In this document: positions 56,675 through 64,000 of the stretch, piece by piece
Layout of the letters: every line of letters starts with the position of its first letter
Position numbering within the stretch: the first letter of the stretch is position 1
Origin: Akkermansiaceae bacterium
GTDB taxonomy: Bacteria; Verrucomicrobiota; Verrucomicrobiia; Verrucomicrobiales; Akkermansiaceae
Assembly: GCA_051251915.1 (NCBI GenBank)
Contig: JBPOGF010000003.1
Span: 192,001-256,000, forward strand
Direction: 5' to 3'
DNA: 64,000 nucleotides
Notes under the pieces: model-generated
Database searches by the model: none
What the model saw: the letters and a program-made list of their open reading frames with translations, nothing else
Told to the model about the DNA's origin: nothing
Program-made: the position numbers and the translations under genes

Positions 56675-57622
56675 TTATTTTACTTTGTGGTGGGCGGCTA
56701 GCTCGGCGGCGCGTTTGGTTAGGAGTGTTTTTAATTCATCGGAGTCTAGGATTTGTACGCTGGTGCCGAATGAGAGGAGCCAGTTGACTAGCCATTCTAG
56801 GTCTCCTGAGTTGAGGTTCATTTCTATCCAACCATTGGACTCGGTGAGTCTTTCGCCGCCGAGTCTCCACTCGCGTTCGGCTCGGTCGATTGCCCATTTT
56901 TCAAACTTTACTTTGACGGTTTGGCGGACTTCTTTTTTGATCCATTCTTCTAGGAAGTGGTTTACTGATACTCGTTCACGGAGGGGGAAGTGTTCATCTA
57001 ACATTTTTAGATTTACTACTCGGTCGAGTCTGAAGTCTCGGTAGTCGTTTCTGAGTCTGCACCAGGCTAGGAGGTGCCATTTTTCGAGATAGTAAGCTAG
57101 TTCTACTGGTTCTATTTGACGCTCGCTGTGGTTTGCGTAGGAGTCTTGGTAGCTGAGGCTGATGATGCGTTGTTCGATGAGTGCTTGTTGGAGGATGGGG
57201 ATTTCTGCTTGGTGGTGATCTTTTGAGGTGGATCCTTGTTGGTAGAGTCGGGTGCTGCCGGAGAGTTTAGCGAGTGAGGAACGCTGGTCTGCGGGGAGGA
57301 CGGCACTGACCTTGAGTAGGGCGTTCTTCATTTGTTGCTGGAGGGCTGGGTCTGTTAGGCTGTCGACTAGTACGCCGCCCATGGCTAGTGCTTGTGCTTC
57401 GCTCTGGGTGAACATGACTGGTGGCAGGTGATAGCCTTTCATGAGGCTGTAGCCAACGCCAGCCTCTGCGATGATGGGAACTCCGGCCTCACCAAGGGCG
57501 GTGACGTCTCGGTATACTGTGCGCACGCTGATCTCAAAGTGCGTGGCGATTTCTTCTGCGGTGATAGAACGTTTGCTCTGCAAGAGCAGGATCATAGCCA
57601 CTAGTCTATCCACTCGATTCAT
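56675..57622 (-). CDS. YafY-family HTH-WYL transcriptional regulator
   Basis: MNRVDRL..HTH (SVRTVYRD..L), GY.L, LPP.MF; WYL domain R.IEP..WHLLAWC..R..FRLDR. Confidence 0.93.
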   Translation of the reverse strand: MNRVDRLVAMILLLQSKRSITAEEIATHFEISVRTVYRDVTALGEAGVPIIAEAGVGYSLMKGYHLPPVMFTQSEAQALAMGGVLVDSLTDPALQQQMKNALLKVSAVLPADQRSSLAKLSGSTRLYQQGSTSKDHHQAEIPILQQALIEQRIISLSYQDSYANHSERQIEPVELAYYLEKWHLLAWCRLRNDYRDFRLDRVVNLKMLDEHFPLRERVSVNHFLEEWIKKEVRQTVKVKFEKWAIDRAEREWRLGGERLTESNGWIEMNLNSGDLEWLVNWLLSFGTSVQILDSDELKTLLTKRAAELAAHHKVK

Positions 57623-57770
57623 GGTGAGATGTTTTCATTTGAGGTCATGAGATACAAACTAAAAATGGATAAAGTCAGTTGGATTAGCTTCTATAAAAGT
57701 TGTAGGGGAATGGTGTGAAGTATTTATTTTACGGTGGGTTGAAGCGGTGGTAGTGTTCATTTCAGTAGGG

Positions 57771-58085
57771 ATGATGAAGGTGATAGATCAAGAGTATTAT
57801 GCGTGGTTTCTTTTTGAAGAGGCTGGCGTTTTATTTCTCGATGCAAACTGTAATCACAGTGCATTTGGCTATACATGGATGATAAAGCTGAATACGCGTG
57901 AGCTAGAAAGTTATAGCAGTGGTGGGCGGGCGTTTCTTAATAAGCTGGCGCATGATATTCACTATTCGGCACCTGCAGTGAAAGGGAGTAAGTCCCCTTT
58001 CAAGGGGCGAGACGTCTCTGAGAAATACCATCAAGTAGCCATGGAAGCGGTGAAAAGATGGAAGTTAGCACAGAATAAATCATGA
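57771..58085 (+). CDS. Hypothetical protein
   Basis: About 104 aa; stop overlaps the next ATG (ATGA). Confidence 0.65.
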   Translation: MMKVIDQEYYAWFLFEEAGVLFLDANCNHSAFGYTWMIKLNTRELESYSSGGRAFLNKLAHDIHYSAPAVKGSKSPFKGRDVSEKYHQVAMEAVKRWKLAQNKS

Positions 58086-58978
58086 TTTTATCCACACCAC
58101 TCAAATTATTTAAGCAGACATTCAAGGCCTGGCAGGGAGATAATGCTATGCGACTGAGTGCCGCATTGGCTTATTATTCTGTATTTTCACTGGCTCCGTT
58201 GTTGCTCATTTCTATCTCTGTTGCGGGGATTGTGTTTGGGGAGGAGGCAGCGCGGGGAGTGATAGAGGGGCAGCTTGAGGGGTCGATAGGTGAGAGCTCG
58301 GCTATTGCGGTACAGGAGATGATTGATAGTGCTCGTTCTAGTGGGAATAATGTGTTTATGACCTTTATTGGTTCTGCGCTTTTGTTGTTCACGGCTTCTG
58401 GTGTGTTTGCTCAATTGAAGGAGGCGATGAATGTGATTTGGGAGGTGAGGCCTAACCCTAGTCGTGGAATTTTTAATTTGGTCAAAGCGCGGTTACTCTC
58501 TTTTTCGATGGTGATCGTGGTGGCTTTTTTATTGTTAATTTCTTTAGTTTTGTCTGCCGCATTAGGGGCAGCTACTGACTGGTTAGGTAGTTTACTGACG
58601 ATCCCTGTTTACGTGTGGCAGTGTGTTGCGTTTGTTATTTCGGTGGGGATGATCACTGTTCTGTTTGCGATGATTTTTAAGATTTTACCTGATGCGAAAG
58701 TAGAGTGGCGTGATGTGTGGCTGGGTGGATTTTTGACGGCTGTGTTTTTTACGATTGGGCAATTTTTACTGGCTTTGTATCTAGGGCGTGAGGAGACGGC
58801 ATCCACCTATGGTGCTGCAGGGGCGTTTATTTTGCTGCTGCTCTGGATTTACTACACAACGAATATTCTGCTGTTTGGCGCAGAGTTTACTAAGACTTAT
58901 GCGGAGTTTAAAAACAGACGGATCCGTCCTGCTAAGGGTGCGATCCCGCTAGAGGTTACACAAAAAGATGTGGGTTAG
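58082..58978 (+). CDS. YihY/virulence factor BrkB family membrane protein
   Basis: AALAYYSVFSLAP, N.IW, FK.LP, YGAAG..LLW.YY..GAE. Confidence 0.92.
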   Translation: MILSTPLKLFKQTFKAWQGDNAMRLSAALAYYSVFSLAPLLLISISVAGIVFGEEAARGVIEGQLEGSIGESSAIAVQEMIDSARSSGNNVFMTFIGSALLLFTASGVFAQLKEAMNVIWEVRPNPSRGIFNLVKARLLSFSMVIVVAFLLLISLVLSAALGAATDWLGSLLTIPVYVWQCVAFVISVGMITVLFAMIFKILPDAKVEWRDVWLGGFLTAVFFTIGQFLLALYLGREETASTYGAAGAFILLLLWIYYTTNILLFGAEFTKTYAEFKNRRIRPAKGAIPLEVTQKDVG

Positions 58979-59012
58979 TGATGGATGAAAACTTACCTCT
59001 ACGGTTGTGGAT

Positions 59013-62000
59013 TTAGCTGATGAATCTTTCTAGCTCACGGGAGAGGTCTTTGTTTAGGCGGACTTTGAGTTTGTCTGGGACGGTGAGTTGGGTGCGGTTT
59101 CCTAGGGTGTTTTGGATGGTGAGGGTGACGTCTGATTTGCCGGGGTATTTCTGGATGGTTTCTAGGATGTAGTCTAGGTCTTCTTGGTTGTGGCGGGAGG
59201 TCCAGAGGTTGAGATTTAGGCCGGAGGTTGTTTTTGCGGTTTTTCTGGTGGTGAGGGCTTTTATTTGGCTTCCGCTGACGCGGCGTTGTTCTCCGCGGTC
59301 GTCTTCTTGGATGTTGACGTTCATGCGGACGACGCTTCCTGGTTCTAGGAGGCCTTCATCGCGGGCGGGAGTGTAGCTTTCTGACCATGAGAGGACTTCG
59401 CGGACTCCGGTGAGGTCCTCGATGAGGATGATGCCGAATGGTTTGCCGGCTTTGGTGGTGCGGCTTTCTACGCTTTTGATCATGCCTCCGATGGTGCGGC
59501 GGATTTTTTTGTCTGAGATGTCTACTTCGTCGATGGTGTTGATTTTGGTGAGCCGGTCGTTGTTGAGGAGGGTGCGGACGGCGTCTAGTGGGTGGCCTGA
59601 GGTGTAGTAGCCGAGGAGTGTTTTCTCATCGTCTAGGCGTTGGTCTTTTGGCCATTCTTTGGTGTAGCTGTGGCTTTCTGTTGCAGCTGGGGCGCCGAAG
59701 TCCATGGTGTCGAACATGCTGCCTTGGCCAGATGCTTTGTCTTTGTGGGTGAGTGAGGCGGAGGCGATGACTTGTTCTATTTTGGTTGTGAGTGTGGCTC
59801 TGTTGATTTTGGTGAAGTCTAGTGCGCCTGCTTTGACGAGGTTTTCTAGGATGCGTTTGTTGACTACTTTTGTGTCTAGTCTGTTAGAGAGATCTTCCAT
59901 GCTTAGGAATGGGCCGTTGGCTTCTCTTTCTTTGACGGCGGTAGCCATAGCGGCTTCTCCTACGTTTTTGACTGCGGCTAGGCCGTAGCGGATGGCCATT
60001 TTTCCTGATGGGGTTTTTTCTGGGGCGAATTTGAGCATGGAGCGGTTGAGGTCTGGGGGGAGGACTTCTATGCCCATGCGGTGGCATTCTGAGATGAAGA
60101 TGGCGATTTTGTCTGTGTTGTTTAGCTCGTTTGAGAGTAGTCCGCAGATGAATTCTACTGGGAAGTTAGCCTTAAGGTAGGCGGTCCAGTATGAGATGTA
60201 GCCGTAGCATGCGGAGTGTGATTTGTTGAATCCGTAGCCGGCGAAACTGGCGATTTTGTCGAAGACTTTGTTGGCGACGTTGGGTGGGATTTGGTTTGTT
60301 TCTGCGCATCCTTTGACGAAGGTTTTGCGTTGTTCGTCCATGACAGATGCCTTTTTCTTACCCATGGCACGGCGGAGGATGTCTGCGCCACCGAGGGTGT
60401 ATCCGGCGAGGAGTTTGGCGGCGTTTTGGACTTGTTCCTGGTAGATCATGACTCCGTAGGTATCACCACAGATGGTTTCTAGGAGTGGGTGTTCGTATTC
60501 TACTTTGGTGACGCCTTTTTTGACGTCGATCATTTGGTCGATGAACTGCATGGCACCGGGGCGGTAGAGTGCGAGGAGGTCAATGATGTCTTCGATTTTG
60601 TCGATGCCGTATTTTTTACAGGTTTCAACCATTCCGCCGGATTCCAGCTGGAAGACTCCCATGGTTTCACCTCTGTTGAGGATGGCTAGGGCTGGTTTGT
60701 CATCGAGTTCGATTTCGTAGATGTCGAAGTCTGGGGTGTGTTTGTGGATGTGGTCTACGGCGTCTTGGATGACGGTGAGGTTTTTTAGCCCGAGGAAGTC
60801 CATTTTTAGAAGGCCGATCTCTGTGATGGCGTTCATGTCTGCTTGGGTGACAACTTCCCCTTCTTTGGCGCGGGCGAGTGGGACGTGGGCGTCTAGGTTT
60901 CCGTCACCGATAACGACTCCGGCGGCGTGGACACCGGTGTTTCTGATGAGGCCTTCTAGCTTGGAGGCGAATGCCCAGAGTTCTGAGAATGTGGATGATG
61001 CTTCTACGATGTCACGGAGTTCTGGCTTGGCGTCCCATTCTGACTTGAGGGTGACGCCTGGGACTGGCTCGATGAGTTTAGCGAGGGTGTCTGCGTCTCC
61101 GTATGAGACGCCCATGACGCGGGCTACGTCACGGATGACGGATTTGGCACCGAGTGTTCCGTAGGTGATGATGTGCGCTACGCAACGTTCACCGTATTTT
61201 TCGCGGACGTATTGGATGACTTCTGGGCGGCGGGTCTGGCAGAAATCGATATCGACATCTGGTGGTGAGACACGTTCTGGGTTAAGGAATCTCTCGAAGA
61301 GGAGGCCGAAGCGCATGGGGCAGATGTCTGTGATGGCCATGGTGTAGGCGACGAGTGAGCCGGCGGCTGAGCCACGGCCTGGGCCTACGGGGATGCCTTG
61401 GTCACGGCCCCAGTTGATAAAGTCTGCGGTGATGAGGAAGTAGGATGCGAAGCCTAGGTCTGCGATAATTTTGATTTCGTAGTCGAGGCGGTCATGGAGG
61501 ATTTGTGTTTGTTCTTGATCTGTGATTCCGGTTTGCTCGGCGAGTGCTCTGAGTTTTTTGGGTGGGTAGCGTGTGTCTAATCCGTCGTAGCAGACTTTAC
61601 GGAAGTATTCTTCACGGGGGGTGCCGTCTGGGGAATCGAACTGTGGGTATTTCTCAGATGATGTGGGGTCTAGGACTAGTTGGACGTTGCATTTTTCTGC
61701 GATTTCGAGGGTGGCGTCACAGGCTCCTGGGATGTCCTTGAAGAGCTGACGCATTTCTTCTGCGGTTTTGAAGTAGACTTGGTTGGAGTATGATTTGCGG
61801 TTTTCGTCTAGGAGGAGGCGGCCTTCGCCGATGCAGATGAGGCAGTCTAGTGACTCGTGGTCTTCTTGTTCGATGAAGTGGACGTCGTTGGTGGCAACTA
61901 CTTTGAGGTCGAATTCTTGTGCGAAGTCGCGGAGGATGGGGATGTTTTTGGATTGTTGTTCGAGCTCATGGTCCATGAGTTCGATGTAGAAGTCTTCGGT

Positions 62001-62519
62001 CCCGTAGATGTCTTTGAGGGTCTGTACTTCTTGGCGGGCTTTGTTGAGGTCACCTTTGGCGAGCCATTCGTGGATGGGGCCTTCGCTGCCGCCGCTGAGG
62101 CAGATGATGCCTTCTGCGTATTGGCGTAGTGCGTCTCTGTCTACGCGGGGTTCTCCCATGTATTCACCGTCTAGGTGGCCTAGTGAGATGAGCTTGGTGA
62201 GGTTTTTCCAGCCGGTTTCGTCTTTTGCGAGGAGGGTGAGGCGGGTGGAGCGTTGGCGGCCGGGGAAGTCTTTCTTTTGTGAAATCTGGGTGGGTGCGAG
62301 ATAGATCTCACAGCCGAAGATGGGCTTAACTCCGGCGTTAGTGGTTTGCTGGTAGAAGACGACAGCTCCGAATAGGTTGCCGTGATCTGTCATTGCTACA
62401 GCGGGCATTCCGAGTGCGGCTGTTTTGGCGGCGAGGTCTTTGATTCTAACGATAGAGTCTTTTACCGAGTATTCTGTGTGGACGTGCAGATGCACAAATG
62501 ATGATTCAGCTGTAGCCAT
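59013..62519 (-). CDS. dnaE: DNA polymerase III alpha subunit
   Basis: HLHVHTEYS, GPGRGSAAGS, FERFLNPER..PDVDID, HAAG, KMDFLGL, YQEQV, GFNKSH. Confidence 0.98.
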   Translation of the reverse strand: MATAESSFVHLHVHTEYSVKDSIVRIKDLAAKTAALGMPAVAMTDHGNLFGAVVFYQQTTNAGVKPIFGCEIYLAPTQISQKKDFPGRQRSTRLTLLAKDETGWKNLTKLISLGHLDGEYMGEPRVDRDALRQYAEGIICLSGGSEGPIHEWLAKGDLNKARQEVQTLKDIYGTEDFYIELMDHELEQQSKNIPILRDFAQEFDLKVVATNDVHFIEQEDHESLDCLICIGEGRLLLDENRKSYSNQVYFKTAEEMRQLFKDIPGACDATLEIAEKCNVQLVLDPTSSEKYPQFDSPDGTPREEYFRKVCYDGLDTRYPPKKLRALAEQTGITDQEQTQILHDRLDYEIKIIADLGFASYFLITADFINWGRDQGIPVGPGRGSAAGSLVAYTMAITDICPMRFGLLFERFLNPERVSPPDVDIDFCQTRRPEVIQYVREKYGERCVAHIITYGTLGAKSVIRDVARVMGVSYGDADTLAKLIEPVPGVTLKSEWDAKPELRDIVEASSTFSELWAFASKLEGLIRNTGVHAAGVVIGDGNLDAHVPLARAKEGEVVTQADMNAITEIGLLKMDFLGLKNLTVIQDAVDHIHKHTPDFDIYEIELDDKPALAILNRGETMGVFQLESGGMVETCKKYGIDKIEDIIDLLALYRPGAMQFIDQMIDVKKGVTKVEYEHPLLETICGDTYGVMIYQEQVQNAAKLLAGYTLGGADILRRAMGKKKASVMDEQRKTFVKGCAETNQIPPNVANKVFDKIASFAGYGFNKSHSACYGYISYWTAYLKANFPVEFICGLLSNELNNTDKIAIFISECHRMGIEVLPPDLNRSMLKFAPEKTPSGKMAIRYGLAAVKNVGEAAMATAVKEREANGPFLSMEDLSNRLDTKVVNKRILENLVKAGALDFTKINRATLTTKIEQVIASASLTHKDKASGQGSMFDTMDFGAPAATESHSYTKEWPKDQRLDDEKTLLGYYTSGHPLDAVRTLLNNDRLTKINTIDEVDISDKKIRRTIGGMIKSVESRTTKAGKPFGIILIEDLTGVREVLSWSESYTPARDEGLLEPGSVVRMNVNIQEDDRGEQRRVSGSQIKALTTRKTAKTTSGLNLNLWTSRHNQEDLDYILETIQKYPGKSDVTLTIQNTLGNRTQLTVPDKLKVRLNKDLSRELERFIS

Positions 62520-62771
62520 ATTGTGAGGTCAGCTTAACCAGATATTGGCGTCTGACAATCTCGTATCTGATAAAGTCTGTGTTGTTTGAATAGAGCAATT
62601 CTATTTGTGGCGTTGAAATGAATTTTAAAAAAATAGTAAAATTAAGGAGTTATAGTTACTGAATTAGTATTATTATAAAAAATATATACCATATCGTTGA
62701 CTTTATATTAAATATGTGGATAATTTTAACGTCTTGCAGAATTTTAGTCTTCCCCCGAGCTAAATAAAAAA

Positions 62772-63446
62772 ATGAATAATACTAAAAAATTAATGATAGG
62801 TTTGCTGCTGGCTATTGCAGTTAATGCTAGTGGTCAGAAAATAGTGAATGGAGATTTTGACGCGTATAATTTAGTTGATCCAGCTACCTTTTACTCAGTT
62901 GAGACTGAATTAGGAGCTGTAGCAATTAACCAGACAGATATAGTTCCAGAGTGGTTCATTTCTGGCGAAGTGAGTATAGTCACAGTGGACAATGGCACTC
63001 ATATCTCGCCTGGGTTACACTTAGCAGGATCTGAGACAGGAGGGGTGAGTAAATTTGGGCGAACGATTAATATTACCGAAGCTGGACTCTACAACCTGAG
63101 TTTCACGACATATGCAGATTCCTTAGAGCAGGAGTTATCGTCATCTCGGGCGCTTGTGGTACTTTCTGGCGGCGGTGAGAATTTAATAGCAGTGAGTTTT
63201 TCAGAGGAAATAGACCAAAAGGTTACAAGTAGGTCATTCATCTTTGAAGTCAGTGAGGAGTTGTTAGAAAAATCAGGAGGGCGATTTGATTTATATTTTA
63301 CCTACGATGTAGATCCATCAGATGGGAGGCGAAATGGTATCATTTTTGATGACATAGCGATCACACCGTTTAAAAAACCCGATAGTGGACCTCCGACACT
63401 TCTAGGTTTGGGAGTCTTGACGTTTGCTGTGTTGAGGAAGAGGTGA
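62772..63446 (+). CDS. Exported protein with degenerate PEP-CTERM-like tail
   Basis: Signal peptide; IVNGDF N-terminus, FDDI near the C-terminus; ends KPDSGPPTLLGLGVLTFAVLRKR. Confidence 0.78.
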   Translation: MNNTKKLMIGLLLAIAVNASGQKIVNGDFDAYNLVDPATFYSVETELGAVAINQTDIVPEWFISGEVSIVTVDNGTHISPGLHLAGSETGGVSKFGRTINITEAGLYNLSFTTYADSLEQELSSSRALVVLSGGGENLIAVSFSEEIDQKVTSRSFIFEVSEELLEKSGGRFDLYFTYDVDPSDGRRNGIIFDDIAITPFKKPDSGPPTLLGLGVLTFAVLRKR

Positions 63447-63493
63447 TTACTTTTGTGTGTTATTTATTATCCATGGGATTTCATTTAGCACTT

Positions 63494-63531
63494 AAAAAAA
63501 ATCCAGTGCTCACCATTAGGCAAGCACTGGA
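63494..63531 (-). terminator. Terminator
   Basis: TCCAGTGCT...AGCACTGGA stem with an A8 run on the left. Confidence 0.7.
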
Positions 63532-63570
63532 CCGATGAACAACAAATTAGTATATCAGCTAATTTGTGAA

Positions 63571-64000
63571 TTATTTACGGCGTCGTAAAAGGATAGCAAG
63601 TCCACCAAGACCGAGAAGAGCGGTGGATGATGGTTCTGGGACTGTAGAGCTTGAGAAGTCATTGAATGCTGCACCAAGGGCGGCAGCTTGAGCTGCTTCA
63701 TCGAGCGTATCTAATGCACCGTTGAAATAAGCGTAGTTTGCTTCAACGAACGCACCAGCAGATCCTCCGGTTCTGACTGCGTAGCCATCTTGATATTCCC
63801 AAGTTTCACCAGTACCATCGGCATTAATGTCACCATATGTATCAACTACAGAAGAGCTGCTAAATAGCTCGATGGCATCATCGCCATTGATATTAGCGGC
63901 ACCGTTTTCAAATGCTACGAAGCCAGATGAACCAAAATTATTAGAGAAAAAGGACGTACTATCCGAATTACCAGTGATTATGATGTATTGTCCAGCTGTA
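63571..64000 (-). CDS. PEP-CTERM protein, 3' part (not in the ORF track); lamin-tail/ExeM N-terminal-like segment
   Basis: Manual translation: ...NINGDDAIELF...DTYGD..DGTGETWEYQDG...VPEPSSTALLGLGGLAILLRRRK*. Confidence 0.88.
   Translation of the reverse strand, partial: TAGQYIIITGNSDSTSFFSNNFGSSGFVAFENGAANINGDDAIELFSSSSVVDTYGDINADGTGETWEYQDGYAVRTGGSAGAFVEANYAYFNGALDTLDEAAQAAALGAAFNDFSSSTVPEPSSTALLGLGGLAILLRRRK

Larger units (their letters stand above)
2711..59000. repeat. Dispersed 10-14 bp motif AAAACTTACC(YCYR), at least 11 copies with a perfect 10-bp core
   Basis: + strand 13-mers start at 16806, 30631, 31214, 42566, 43367, 56022, 58988; - strand at 2711, 12716, 41206, 54903; near matches at 2271, 15365, 28713, 31314. 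Confidence 0.85.

Noticed and set aside
58088..58096. Perfect DnaA box at the start of the YihY gene
   Set aside because: Isolated and within coding sequence; about 0.5 chance copies of a 9-mer are expected in this window
2711..59000. AAAACTTACC as a CRISPR repeat or a Chi/KOPS site
   Set aside because: Copies are dispersed rather than regularly spaced, and occur in both orientations (7:4), unlike polarised Chi/KOPS
121..62304. Many long antisense and alternate-frame ORFs in the track (for example 1965..2513 -, 26367..27017 +, 36091..36711 +, 43638..44270 -)
   Set aside because: They overlap well-supported genes, have low-complexity H/P/R/I or V/G/F composition, and are expected from the extreme strand skew

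Overview
Chromosomal segment of a bacterium that is most likely a marine Verrucomicrobiales (Rubritalea-like). This is inferred from PEP-CTERM proteins, several sulfatases, planctomycete-type cytochrome/DUF1549-DUF1553 proteins and fused SecDF; no database search was run. The window holds about 55 CDS, mostly housekeeping (trpF, queA, sdaA, ribD, deoD, bioF, ftnA, phoX, secDF, argS, phrB, dnaE), plus one tRNA-Ser(GGA), two ECF sigma/anti-sigma modules and four PEP-CTERM(-like) genes. I found no transposase, integrase, CRISPR array or phage gene. Most notable signals: (1) the motif AAAACTTACC(YCYR) occurs at least 11 times in both orientations and in four reading frames inside genes, which resembles a DNA-uptake-sequence-like or chromosome-organising signal; (2) a tandem PEP-CTERM pair separated by an orphan 3' end of the neighbouring sulfatase that differs mainly at synonymous sites, suggesting additive capture of a foreign allele; (3) a membrane-anchored Hanks-type pseudokinase; (4) an extreme G+T strand skew interrupted by unskewed islands; (5) a vanY-vanW-like pair, a tRNA 3'-end duplication, a MITE-like palindrome and a candidate WYL-regulator operator. 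All product calls come from motif recognition by eye.
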